From the human T2T-CHM13v2.0 reference genome, Homo sapiens, in NCBI RefSeq assembly GCF_009914755.1, contig NC_060928.1: a DNA stretch of 64,000 bases; one strand, written 5' to 3'. The translations under genes and the position numbers were made by a program. The first letter of the stretch is position 1. Every line of letters begins with the position of its first letter. A model generated the notes under the pieces. That model did not search any database. It worked only from the letters and a program-made list of their open reading frames with translations, and was not told the origin of the DNA. Of this stretch, positions 16,291-29,263 are shown one piece after another.

Positions 16291-17556
16291 TTAGTACTAT
16301 ATTTTAATGCAAATGGATAGTAATTACTTATGTTAAATACACTCGCATGCTGAGATTGACACTAGTAGGCCCATTAGCAGATTAAAGATCTTGAAGTTAT
16401 CACGTTGTTGTGTGTTAAGCTAGGGTACTGGTGAGAGCGCTCCTAATGGTTGCTTCAGATTACATCTGCAGAATGCTTAGGGCTTCAGTACTCTGACTCT
16501 GTAAGAGATTTCTGGAAGAGTTCCTGAGATCTCTTTGCAATTCTATTATCATTGGTAGTACCATTTAGGGCTTTCTCAAAACTATTTGAGTTGTTTGTGT
16601 GCCTGCAATTAACACACTCTGAAGGTCCCTCTAGTTATAGGTACAAATTTGTGGATATGGTGGAATTCTCAGAAGGCATTTAACAGGTAGTGCTATGGGA
16701 CCAATAAGCAAGAAGGAGACTGAGAAGCAAGCCATATGAGCAGCTCCCCAGAAAAGTGGCTGTCTCAGTCATCTAAATACGACTGATGTGCCTTGGCTGC
16801 TTGGAATTTGAGTCTCCTTCTTCTGACAGCACCACTGACAACAGCAGATGGGAGCAAGGATTTCTGAGCATAAATAACTATTCCTTGGAGCAGCCAGTAC
16901 ACCTTTTCTCCTACCCATCTGTGTAAACAGAACATGCCTTTCTCTGTTCTACTCACATAAAATACTTTCTCTGAGTTTAAAGTGCTTTATAGTTTAGAAA
17001 CTTGAAGGAAAATGTATTCCTTAAGGGAATTTTATCACAAAGAAGAGAAATAAAATTGAGGAATTTTTGTATTTGGGGGACCTATTACTGTTTGTTTTTT
17101 CACTGACTCTCTTCCCTGTTCCAAAGTCATTTGTTTCATGGGTTTTCTAGGTCCCATTTCAGGAGTACTATTCTCAGCAGAGGTAAATTTGTAAGAACCT
17201 AAAACTTTCATGTAACCCAGATGTACAGAGATATATCTTCATTCTGTTAAGGGAACTATAATTTTAGAACAAAACAAAATAAAACCAAATTCAGATGAAA
17301 GAATGTTAGACTCTTAGGCATTGGGACAGTGGAATGGTTTTTGGAACAGAGACTAGACTTCACACAGGGCCCATTGCAGAATTTCAGGGACTACAAGAAC
17401 ATTTTATTTTATATAAATTGCTCTCCCCTGAACTTTGCTACAGGAAGTATCATCCCACAGAAAAGAATTTGAATGGTGCTCTCTAGAGTTTGCAACATGT
17501 TCCTGTTACTGTGGTTCCTTAAACAGTTCAATTTAAGTAGCTGCCTACTCACACAC

Positions 17557-17667
17557 TTTTAAATTAAAAAAATTCATTAGCAAATAAAGATTGCATATAT
17601 TTAAGGTATACAATGTGATTATTGGATATATGTAGACATTGTGTAATGATTAGCACAATCAAATTGT
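17557..17667 (-). mobile_element. L1MA 3' terminus
   Basis: 'attgcatatatttaaggtatacaatgtgatt..cattgtgtaatgatta..acaatcaa'. Confidence 0.75.
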
Positions 17668-17679
17668 CATGAGCTCTTT

Positions 17680-17790
17680 ATTCATTCAACGTTATGTATT
17701 GTGTGCCTGTATGTTCCAGTTATTGTGCTAGGTACTTGGGATAAAAATACAAAATAAAACAAAGTCTAGATATCCTCTAGACATGTTACA
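17680..17790 (-). mobile_element. L2 3' end fragment
   Basis: 'ttcattcaac..tatttgtgtgcct..tattgtgctaggtacttggggata'-like sequence. Confidence 0.55.
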
Positions 17791-18339
17791 AATTTAAAAA
17801 AAAAATAGTCTCTGGTAGCTATTTCAATTTTTTTCCACATTAAAAATCAGAAAGATATCAAGCAAGTCACTCTCAGCTAGGAATGAGGTAGGAGAAAGGC
17901 TCTATTATACTTCTGCTTCCCCAGGTCCACAGGGTTTATAGTCTCCTGCTATCATGAAATCATAGCCAACAATTGGTAGTAAGAAAATATGCTGAGAAGT
18001 TTTAATGTACATTTGCTTTTCATATTTCGTACTACATGACCTTTCCTTTATTCAGTCAGGAGTCTTTGTGGCCTCAGAAAGAATTAGGTTTGGTATAGCA
18101 TAAATCCCAAAAGAAAGGTGTCCACATTCAACAAATGACCTACAATGTTGGCAGTGGCAACGACACCCACATAAACAGAAGCAGCAGCTGCACAGCCACA
18201 GGAAAGGGAGGAGAGGCTCTGCATGGAGGTGACACTGGCACCCACAGAATCTGCAGTCTAAGTCCAGCTTTTTCTATACCCCACTCCTATCTCTACAGCA
18301 TCTGCACAAATATCTATTCTATTTCAGAGTGCTAGGATG

Positions 18340-19372
18340 GGAATTTCTGGTGCTCAGACAGTAAATTTTGTCAATAAATTATTTAAAAATAAAAGCACAA
18401 ACATGTAGGTTGCAGTAAAGCATATTGGGCAGTTAGGTTTTAAGGAATGTTACATCACAAAATAAGTATATCTGCAGACTTAGAAATAGGAATTAAATGT
18501 AAGGTGTCACGTTTGATAGAAAAGAATACTACTTTCAAATGAAGTTTGGATAAAGCAATTACTGACAAGAAAGGCAATCTTAAAATCATTGTTTCCCTTG
18601 TGATGAAAGATACACCAATAAATACATAAACAGGTATTTCAAATTTTGTTCAAATTATAAAGCCACTTTCAATGTCATGTATGACTCCTATGACTTACAG
18701 AAAATGTCAAAGGAAATGTTACAATTCATCATATAAATTTACATTTAAAATTAAATTTAGCTTTACACAAAACTGATTCATTTGAAGAGTTAAGTATTTT
18801 AAGAATAATTATTCTGTGAAAATAATAAGTTCTAGATGCAGAAAAACATGTTTCAAAAAAAGTGTCAGAAATTTATCTTAACGTTGTCACAACCTAAAAA
18901 ATACTCACCAGTTCCAGTAGCATTTGCAACCACAGAAAGATCATTTCAGAAGTAAAAGATTATAAAAGTATTTGTGACTTACATTAATAATTTACCAAGA
19001 GTAACCAATGTGGTTTTCAATTTATCTGTTAAAAATAAGATTGCTAAAAATATAAATTTTGATGATCAAACAAATACATTTTGGGAAAAGTAATCCACAC
19101 AAATCTAAAGATCATTCAACACAGAATATTAGTAAGTATTATTCTTCATGGTATTGTATAAAATTATGACATCAAAAATATTATTTCTTTAATTTATAGT
19201 TTCTTTCCTTTACATGTACCCCTATTATTCTATTACATTTTATGAGTAATAGAATATTTTTAAACTAAAAATTTTATATGTTTGTAGCTTTAAGAACATA
19301 TTTCTTTGCTTTTTGAACAAAGAGATCTGCATGTTCATATTGCTGTAGGCCCTGCAATCTATGTAGCTGGCC
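18340..19372 (+). mobile_element. MER45-family (hAT-Tip100) DNA transposon with decayed transposase
   Basis: 18914-18946 reads PVAFATTERSF then QK*KIIK (hAT C-terminal dimerisation motif); 3' end 'ttttgaacaa..catgttcatattgctgtaggccctgcaatctatgtagctggcc' resembles the MER45 terminus. Confidence 0.8.
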
Positions 19373-19439
19373 ACACACAAAACACACAAATGTAAGAAAC
19401 AGACCTGCTTAGAAAATCTAGGATCATAGTGTATCTTTA

Positions 19440-19620
19440 TCTAGGATCAAGGTGTATCTTTACCACTTACTATGTGAACTTGGACAAGCAATAAGCTCCT
19501 GTCTGCCTCAGTTTTCTTGCATCTAAAATGTGGATATAAATGTATGGTTCACAGGATTAATGAATGTAGGATTTAAAAATAATATAAACATGCAAGCACT
19601 TTGTAAATGCTTTAGAATTA
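19440..19620 (+). mobile_element. MIR SINE
   Basis: 'ccacttactatgtgaacttggacaag..tgcctcagttttcttgcatctaaaatg'. Confidence 0.7.
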
Positions 19621-21399
19621 TCAAAATGTAAAAGTGATATGTTGGACAACTTCTCTAAGTGTACCAGAGTTACCTATTGATCATGCAAAGCTGAACTTAT
19701 TTTCTAATGCATAGAGAAGGGCACCAGCTTGACAGAGTCTTAATAGTATCTCCAAAAGGGGGCATTTAGGGCAGATAGAAGATGTTGGTGTCTGCGGTCC
19801 AGTGATTTATGGTGCGTCCTTCCTTGTGGAGCTTTAGTTGAGATTTGTCATATTGGTGACAGCATAGGATTGGTGGACACAAGGAGGCCAAAATTTGAAT
19901 GTTGACAAGAAAACACTTGTTAGATAAAAAGCTGGCTTGCCCAGTTGAGTGATCCATTGTCCTGAAAAGGAGGCTGATATAGTAATCTATTATTCAGATA
20001 AATTAATATTCACTAAATTTCTAAAGCATTCATAAAGTTATTTACTGGTTTATAGTCTCATCTCCCAGAAAGAGTTTTCTCGAACAAATAATATAGTCAT
20101 GTTGATGAAGATAGTCTCCATTCTTACTCCTGATATTTAAGCTATATAGATGCAGAAATGTCTATTCTCAAGAATTACTACACTTTTCAGTACAAAATAT
20201 ACATTGATATAAATATGATGTAATGTGAAGTTTTGACTATTATCCAACCAATAATCTGAAATAAAACTATCCAGGATTTGTCATATCAATGAGCTCATCT
20301 TTGTGAGTAAGCTGTCTCCATGTAGGCACAGTTCTGGCATGAGTCATGTGGTCACAACAGTGGGTGAAGCTCTGCCCTGTGACTTGAAAAGCTGTAAGTT
20401 TTATCTAGACACCTGTGCTTACATGCAATAGACAAACAGATGTTCTTAAAATCCTAGCAAGTTAACAAATAATCATTTAACCTCATATTACCATAATTTC
20501 ACGTTCAAATCTAAGATACCAATTTCAATCCTATAAATAGAAGAGATAAAAAAGATTCATATTCTCAGGACAACAAAAGCCAGTTATCTAGACCTGAAGT
20601 AATGAAAATGAAATTGTCGAGTCTGTCATTTGGTGGAGTAAAAGCATCAGTGTGTTCACAAATCTCTTCGCATTGTGTGATATCTAGGCTCTACATTTAT
20701 GATATTTATGATGCAAATTCTAGTAGGCAAAGTGCGAGTGAAAGCAATACAATTTTGCTTAGTATTCATGCAACAGATGCCATCTGTACAATATTCTTGG
20801 AGATGACGTTTAACAGAACTATAGAAAGTAATGACTGTTCAAATATGAATGATACTTTTGATTTTAACTGAAAAGCAACCCTAAACACAAAAGAAGTGAC
20901 AATTATATCAGTGCTGAAGAAATTCCTATGTATTTAAAACTGCAAAATTGAAAACACTTATTCACCCATGTAAGCTTACAAAAAGAGTGAGCCGTCATTG
21001 TTGTACCATGAACTATTAATTTCAGACTTCTACAATAATACACAACGCACTAGCAGTGTTTAAGAGAGTATTTCATATTATTTTCTAATTGCACCATCAG
21101 ACATTTGCCACTCTAATTTCTAATGCCTTAACTCCTCTCCAGCTTTACTGAGATTAATACCTGACAGTAAGGATATACTAGAACTTCTGCAATATGGGGG
21201 AATGAAAAACCTAAACAGATGAAAACAACAATCAAAATAGCCACTGATTCTCTGCTCAAAACTCCAACTCTGCTGCTATTTTGGGTTTATTTCATGAAAT
21301 CATAGAAAAGCACTGCTTCATGTATGTACCTTAAATTCAATATTATAATCACATATGTCCTCTAGACACAGTTTCTACTGACAAAATAACTAAAAGAGT

Positions 21400-21671
21400 T
21401 GAGCAGCCATGAGATATTATTCAGGGCAACAGGGTGTCCCCTAGCAAAAATTGCCTTATAGAAAGGTTCAGCAGATGGCAGAAATAGCCCCACTCTAGTA
21501 CACTAAACATGCTCAATTATTGGCTGAAACACCCCGAAGAATCAAGGGGATGCAACACAGGCTCCAAAGTAAATCCCTATGTGTAGCAGCTGCAGAATGT
21601 CAGCTGGCACTTTCTTTCTAGCAGCTTCTCTTGAAGACCAGATTGAGTAGTATGTCCTCATGACTACCACA
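21400..21671. mobile_element. ERVL LTR fragment (LTR33/LTR41-like)
   Basis: 'tgctcaattattggctg..gcagctgcagaatgtcagct..ttctcttgaag..catgactaccaca'. Confidence 0.5.
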
Positions 21672-22869
21672 ATTATACCTTGTTTCTCATATCAGCCTAT
21701 ACTTTTTGTTAGTTATTAATTTCCTTCTACTTTTATATAGAAATTCTCTTAACTTGCAGATTTTCTAGGACAGAAATAATTGAGCATGTAATTTTATCTA
21801 TGTTTAAATGAGTCGTGAACATCATGAGTGACCTAGATAAATTATTTCCCTGGTTAAACCGGACTAGTGCTTAGTCCGTTATCATTCTCCCTTACTACAC
21901 TGTCTGTAACATCATTTGTACTCATCAACTGATGCACAGGATCCAATTGAATTATGCCTAAAATGGGTAGTGGTGAACACTGGCAGAAATCATTACCCCA
22001 TGACTCAGTTTTAAACTTTACTCAGGAAGGAGCGTAAAAGATGGAAAATGAAATTTGGAAATTGACAACTTGTAAGGAAAAAAAGAAAACCTATATACTT
22101 TTCAGGAGCCTAAAATCTCATGTAGATTTTTAAATATTCTGATATTTGACTGAAAAGCAAAAATATAGATTTTCAGGGGTTCAGAACTTACTGAAGCTCC
22201 TGGCTTTGTAATAGCAAGGATGTCAAAGGGAAAGTTTGAAGATGCTGGCAAGCATACGAAATAAAAATTTGTGAGTAGGTTTGCATTCTATCCAAAATAG
22301 ACATGCTGGAGATAAAAGCATTGACACATTTCAGTGTTTTGCTATTTCAAGCCCTATAACTAATATAAAATGTTATAACAACTTCATTGTGATTGGAGTG
22401 TGAACTTACTTAAAAACCACAACCCATTTCTTGAGCCACCTCACACGAGTGCACTACTATCATGCTAGAAGTTACTGCTGTGTTCATGGGAACTTGAATT
22501 CCATTTTGCCACTTGAAATCTAGTTGGTGTCTAAGTGTCTCAGTTCAAGGAGCACAAGTGAACTTCTTGAATTGCTTTAGCTTTCTAACGCATATCACAT
22601 ATCATTGGTTTCTTTATATATGAAGGGTAAAAAATAATTTATCTAATGTTTTATCCACTGGTCATTATTATTTTGCTTGAATTTTAAAAATGTTAAAGCA
22701 AAACAGATAAATAATGTATGACTTGCCTGATGAAATGGTAGATACTATTGTTTCTCAAGATTATTTTTTGAAAAATGAAATTGTAAAACTGTGCAAAATA
22801 AATTATTTTAAAGTTAACATTTTTTAAGTATCTATTAGACCCTAGGGTTTTTCTATACATTATTTAATT

Positions 22870-22990
22870 TTATTTCCTTCATCTTTCCTTCCTTTTCTCC
22901 TTTTCTTTTTCCAACCTTTCTCCCTCTTTCTCTCTCCCTCACATTCTTTTTCACCCCCTATTTCTTTCTTCCATCCCTCTTCTATTTTCA
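22870..22990. repeat. CT-rich low-complexity tract
   Basis: Nearly all pyrimidines over about 120 bp. Confidence 0.8.
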
Positions 22991-23699
22991 AGTGGTAAAA
23001 TCAAAGCAAAGCAAATTGTGTTATTGGTAGATGAGGGTGTCCTAATATCACCATCCCCACGCCATTCCCAGTAGAAAAAACTCTAATATGGGGAGCTTCA
23101 CCTTGAGGCCCAAATAGGAGGACAATTAAACCTCCTGAAAATATAAACCTCAATCCCAATTATTTTTTACACTCTAGGAAGCCACATAGTTAACCAGAAG
23201 AGTAAGGTCCAGCCAGAACATGGGTAGAAGATGAGAGAGAAAGGAATATTCATGCCTCTAACTTTCAATTTTGGGGTGACCTTAGTTTCCAGTAAGAGAG
23301 CCAACTGGTCATTATTAAATATCAAAAAATGGATTAACTCTTTTTGAAGAAACAAAGTTTGGAAGTGTGAGACATGGCTTGAAGAAGGACTGGAGAGAGC
23401 GTTTTCTCTTTCCAACATGAAACCTTTTTTGTAACAGCATTATATCAAATACATCAAAATTTGCAAAACACCAGAATCAATAGATATATAAAGGGAAGCT
23501 TTAGGGAAAGTATCATGCTCTTATATAACTCTAGGAACACAGATTGAAATAATATTAAGCAAATTCAACTGCAGCAGAAATTCTACAATGATAATGTGCA
23601 TTTGTGAATATCATGTGAAATCAATTAGTTTGTCCATATAAGTATTTGTTCAACAATTGTATTAATGTCTTATCAAACATCGGTGTGTCGATCAGGTCA

Positions 23700-24099
23700 T
23701 GTTGGAGGTAAATGCTGAGGTACAGTTAGTCATAGTAGAGTTTTATATGGGATGTAATGCTTTTGAGCAAGGAAATTGCGGAAATGACAAGACTGAGCTG
23801 AGACAGTGTCAAACTGCAGTGAAACATGAGTCTTCACCGAAGCATGGGAAGTTCTGGAATAAAAATTGCCTGATAGAAGAGTTCTTGAGAATACTGAGAA
23901 AAATTGCCTCATCCTAGTGGCCCCACTATGCTCATTAATTAGTTGGTGGCTTCCCAAGAACAATGTGGCCACAACTTAAAAGCTGAGGTGATCCTAAATG
24001 TTAGGAACTGCAGGCTGTCAGCTAAGTGTACTTTTTGCCACAGCACAGTGAGTTTTCCATGAGAGATGATCAATGTTGTTCATCTCTGTGGCTACCACA
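23700..24099. mobile_element. ERVL LTR (LTR33-like)
   Basis: 'ccactatgctcattaattagttgg..ctgcaggctgtcagctaa..tctctgtggctaccaca', similar to the 21.4-kb element. Confidence 0.55.
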
Positions 24100-24800
24100 A
24101 CTGGTATTTTTAAAAAGCCAGATTAGAAAATTCTGAAAATGACATATTTATATGAATAGGCCTCATCAGTTATTTAAGAAAACTAAATTTTGTATATGGA
24201 TGTGTGTATGTGTTTTCTTTGCCTACTGGTATGTCTGAGATTTAAGAGGATTTGTAGTTTCCTCATTTTGATATTTACTCCACAGTGTGATATAAAATGA
24301 TGACTGCCATAATCCTTCATGAACAATTCTCATCTTCATCTCAGGCCTGAAAGAGATATCAAGGTATGATAGCGCTTGGCCTCTTTTCATGAAGGTATTA
24401 TGATTCCTCTTACATAAAGGTAGGTACCAGAAGATTTAAAGGAATACCTGCAACCTTGGATAGCCAACTTCATATCTAAAATGCCACATAGGCAGGGATC
24501 TTTCTAGAAATGTACCCAAACTCCTACAGACTGTAAGTTTGTGCTGATTACAAATACGAAATTTGCTACCCTTTAGGTTTAGCTCAGGACAAATCTATAT
24601 CACATTGGTTCCCTGACTGAAGAAGATGGATGCATTTTTTTACTCAATCTTGCTCTTAGTTTTCAGGGTTTTATTTGTAGTGATCTGTTGCTCACTCCTG
24701 GTTTGGTGCGGAGCTGAAATGGAAATACCAAGGGCAAAATGAAATTATTTAAGAGAGCTAGGCCACATTTTCTGAGAGTTTTATAAGAATTTGACTTTGA

Positions 24801-25119
24801 TTTTTTTTAAATTATACTCTCTAGTTCTGGGATACATGTGCAGAACGTGCAGGTTTGTTACATTGGTATACACGTGCCATGGTGGTTTGCTGCACCCATC
24901 AACCTGTCATCCACATTAGGTATTTCTCCTAATACTATCCCTCCCCAAGCCCCCACCCCCTAATAGGCCCCAATCTGTGATGTTGCTCTCCGTGTTCTCA
25001 TTATTCAACTCCCACTTATGAGTGAGAACATGCGGTGTTTGGTTTTCTGTTCCTGTGTTAGTTTACTGAGAATGATGGTTTCCAGCTTCATCCATGTCCC
25101 TGCAAAGGACATGAACTCA
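24801..25119 (-). mobile_element. 5'-truncated L1PA7-like 3' end
   Basis: 'ttctgggatacatgtgcagaacgtgcaggtttgttacat..ccatgtccctgcaaaggacatgaactca'. Confidence 0.92.
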
Positions 25120-26099
25120 AGCACATATCTTTATCAGATACATCAGGCAGAGAGAAATAGACATCCATAGAAGGCTGGATACTGATAAGTTCAGCTAATT
25201 GAAAACACGGAGGCATAAAATAAGTTATGCTTTATTATCTGTAACTCTGAAATTTGAGGGAAATTTTGCCTCAGATTTGTATGTATAAAATTTGGAAAAT
25301 CATAATGAATCCTTAAGGGTAACAGGGGCTTGAGTCAAATCTAGCACATGCTGTATCTTCAGAACATAAAAATCTGAGAATATATGAATCTCTGTGTGCA
25401 GGTTCACAAAGATTGGTAAGCAGAATTTAGGATTCACCATCTGTGTTTCCTCTAAGAGAAATGTTATCCTTTCTATACATAAGGAATTCTGGTTTTAAAT
25501 TGATATAATAATGCCATTTTCTCATTGCATGATTTATCAGCTTCATTTAATTAAACTGAAATCAGAGAAAGGTGAAATTCAGTTAACCATTTCTGTCCCT
25601 CTATCACAATTTTTTCCATGAAGACTCTGACTTGAAGTGAAAACCACACGAGGCCAAACATCTCTTCAGGTTTATGGTTACTATTTTTTTCCCTGGAAAG
25701 ATTTTCTAGGTCTTTCTATATATACAGTCCACCTTAGAAAAATCTAAGAGCAATTCTAAAATGTACTATTTTCTAAGATTTAAAATCCCTCTTTCAAAAG
25801 TGTCTAGAACAAAAAGTTATTCCTGTCACAGAACTCTGAACATATTGATTCGGCCTGACTTCTATTAATCTTTTCATTGTTGAGAAAAGAATCACAAAAG
25901 CCTAATATACCATGTCTTCGTCACACATGGAACTTACCTGTTTCACAAGCATTTTCAAAATTGCCACTAATTATGTGCACCGTGAAAAAGGACGGTTTTA
26001 TTTGGGTGTAAGTGTTTAGGAAATTATGATTTGGTACATAATTTAGGAAATTATGAATTAGTCTTTTTCTGATCTTCATAGTAATTATAATAATTAATT

Positions 26100-26330
26100 T
26101 AATAACTATCATGTTTTGAGTAAACTCTATATGAGAAACATGTTGATAGCAATCTCTAATCCTTAAATAAACCCTGCAAGAGAAGATTATCTAAATGTTA
26201 CTGTTAAAAATATTGAGGTTAGTTGATCCAAGTATTTAGATGAATTGTGCAGAACCATATAATTAAATGTCAATGTCATCTTTTGATCTCAGATCTGTTT
26301 AGTTTTAAATTCCTTCATTTGTGAATATTT
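26100..26330 (-). mobile_element. MIR SINE, degenerate
   Basis: 'ataactatcatgttttgagta..tctctaatccttaaataaaccctgcaag..tattgaggtt'. Confidence 0.45.
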
Positions 26331-26668
26331 TTTTGCTTGCCATGTCATGCTTGCTTGCCCAGAAATCTAAGGAAAAAGTGCCCTGCCAGGTTTAACTTCT
26401 TTAACCAGCCTATCTGTTTGTCACTGACTGAAGGGTTGTCCTCTATCAGCTGTATCTTCTTCAGCAAAGAGATACTCCTGTAAAACGTGGAAATTGAGCT
26501 CATTTATCTCCTTGTTCTCAGAAATCCCATGTTCCTTAGGCTGTGTACTAAATAATCAATCACTTATATACATGTTGTCTTACAGAGTTCTCTGATTTTT
26601 CAAAACTTCTCAGCAATAAATTTATGTTAGTAGACCAGATTTCTGTGTCTATGTGTGTGGGCTTGGAC

Positions 26669-26826
26669 AAGATATTTTTTAAATACATTTTGAAAAACTC
26701 ACAAAGAGAGTGTCTATAGAAATGAGTACAAAGTAATAACAAGAAAAAAGATGTTTAAAATACATTTTGAAAAACTCACAAAGCGAGTCTCTATGGAAAT
26801 CAGTACAAAGTAATAATAAGAAAAAG
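26669..26826. repeat. Tandem duplication, about 77-bp period
   Basis: 'tacattttgaaaaactcacaaag..gtacaaagtaataa' at 26684 and 26761. Confidence 0.9.
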
Positions 26827-29164
26827 AAAAGTCACGTATATTTAGACAAGAAAATGACTGCATAGATCAAAAAAGGATGGCAGTATTGTAAAACTGCAGA
26901 AATGTGTACTGTGATATATGAATAGTACAAAAGAATTTAATAATGATACTGATCACACTTATTTTTCCTTATATTCTTTTGAAGCAATGTTTAGTGCATA
27001 TATTTGTACTGGCTTTGGAATTATGTGCCTGGCTCTGCAATACTCTTCCCTATATAAGGAGATTATCTGAAGCCTCATTCATCACTATGTCTTATAGCTA
27101 TCTGGAGGCCCAAAGTTTGATGGAATTATATTATCTGAGCAGCATACCTGGGCATTACAAGTATTTCTATACAAACAGTGCAGTCCTTTCGTCTTGACTC
27201 CCTATAGTTAGGGAATTAACTGAGCTGAGAAAGCAACAGAATAGATTTCAAATTTGCTTAACTAATACTTTCTAACAGTAGGTTTTTAAGCATTGGATTG
27301 AGGAATTTAGGGCTTCTGTAAAATTCATTTCCTCTGGAGAAATCTAAGAGCCAGACATTTCTTTGCAGAATACATTTGAGAAAAATCTGCCAAGAGACAA
27401 AATGTTGAATTAAGGTTATTTTCTCTCTTTTTGACTCATAAAATATTCTTCCATAACAAAATTAATTGGATAAATGCAGCATATCTAAATAGATATTTTT
27501 GAATCTTTTTTTCTGTTATCTCTATTACATTTTTATACTAACTTTGTACTCATAACGAGGTAACAATTTTGTATTTGCATACATTCCATTGAAAAGTAAT
27601 TAAGTCATCTACAGAGCCTTCTTAATTCTCTTTTGAAACAAGGCAGAATATTAAAAAATACATTAATTAAAAAGCAGAGGAAATCTTCCCTCAGCCAATT
27701 TTTTTTTTGTTTTAACTGGTGTCAGAAACATTTCTGCCTGTGGAGTTTTAAAACTGATGAAAAATAGATTTTGGAAAAAAAATTAAAATATGTTGTATTT
27801 ATTGATTTAATACTATTTTGAACTATGGTTATATTGTCTGTATTTTTGTAGCATTGGAGAATATATCAAATTAAACAGAAAAAAAAAACACCTCAAAAGA
27901 ATCTTGATAACATGACTGAGTGAAACATTTACCACTGCATCTGGGTAAACTTGCCTTTTCTATAATTCCTGCAGAAAATGTAGTTTCACTGACTCAATTA
28001 ATGTAATCCTTTCACTAGTAAGCAACCAGTGAAGCAAACAAGAAGGAAAGGATAAAGTGATAAGAAAATTCTGAATTAAAATCTCTTAACTTCAAAAAAA
28101 GTTTGTTTTTGCAATTTATAACAGCTGATTTAATCTTTTCTGTAACCATTCCAATTTGATAAGCTAGCCAAACATAATTAACAGGAAAAACAGAGCCACA
28201 GGATCTGGAGAGAGATATCCAGAGTAAATGCTCTACACAAAAATCAAACTGTTTGGCATTCTAAGACATAGCTAAGTGTGGAATGCTGATGTGGGTGTAT
28301 TGGGTGAACTACACAAGCTGAGGGGAATTATTCTTGACAGGCCTCAGCCTTTGCCCACAGTATAACTTTGACAGCAAGGCAAGAAGAGTTAAGTAATGAT
28401 AAAGCCTAGTAAAGCCAGCCTTCCAAATGGGAGAGTTGGCCCATCGCATATTAATTTTTTTTGATAAGTCACCACTCCACGAAAAGATGGCATATATGGG
28501 TCCTAAGCTCTGTCTTCTTCAAGAATTAAAGAGAATAGAGAGGATGTTGTAGTTTTTTTAAAGATATAGAACCAATAATAACTGTTAATTCCAATGTTAA
28601 CTATGTCACTGATATTCTCCTCAAGATATAACGAAGTGTTTATATTTGAGGACCTCTTCTTCAATCTTTTACACTTCTTTATTTTTTCTATGCTTTCACT
28701 TGGGAAGAATTAAAAATTTAATTCAGATATACTTGAAACTTTATGAATGTGTACTTGAATTTCCCCAAACCAACAAACAAACAAAAAATAACAAATAAAC
28801 TCAGAGCAACCAATAAAACCTCTTAAATGGGTTAGTACATTACTTAAGTTAATGTTACCTCTCTAGGCCAAGAAATCACCCCCCAAAACACACCCTAACC
28901 TATTTCATAGCATCGTTAACTGAGCTGAGTTACTAGATTGTTTAACGAAACACCAGATATACACAATGTGTAACAGACAACAAAACAAAAGAATGGTAAT
29001 AAAAATGATCCATTATAACTCTACTCTGGCCATTTTAACAAATCAGTTATTTCATTATGATCCAATTCCTTATGATGATAAGCACAGGCATAATAATAAC
29101 AGCGATATCTTCTACTTACTAAGCTTTAATTCTAAACTAGGCATTGCAATATGTAATATAAATG

Positions 29165-29231
29165 TGAAAAGAAAAGAGAGAGAAAGAGAAAGAAATAGAG
29201 AAAAAATGAAAGAAAGAAAGGAAAGAAAGGA

Positions 29232-29263
<32 letters not shown>

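Noticed and set aside
27225-27445. Possible L3/CR1 3' end
   Set aside because: Resemblance too weak to call without an HMM search
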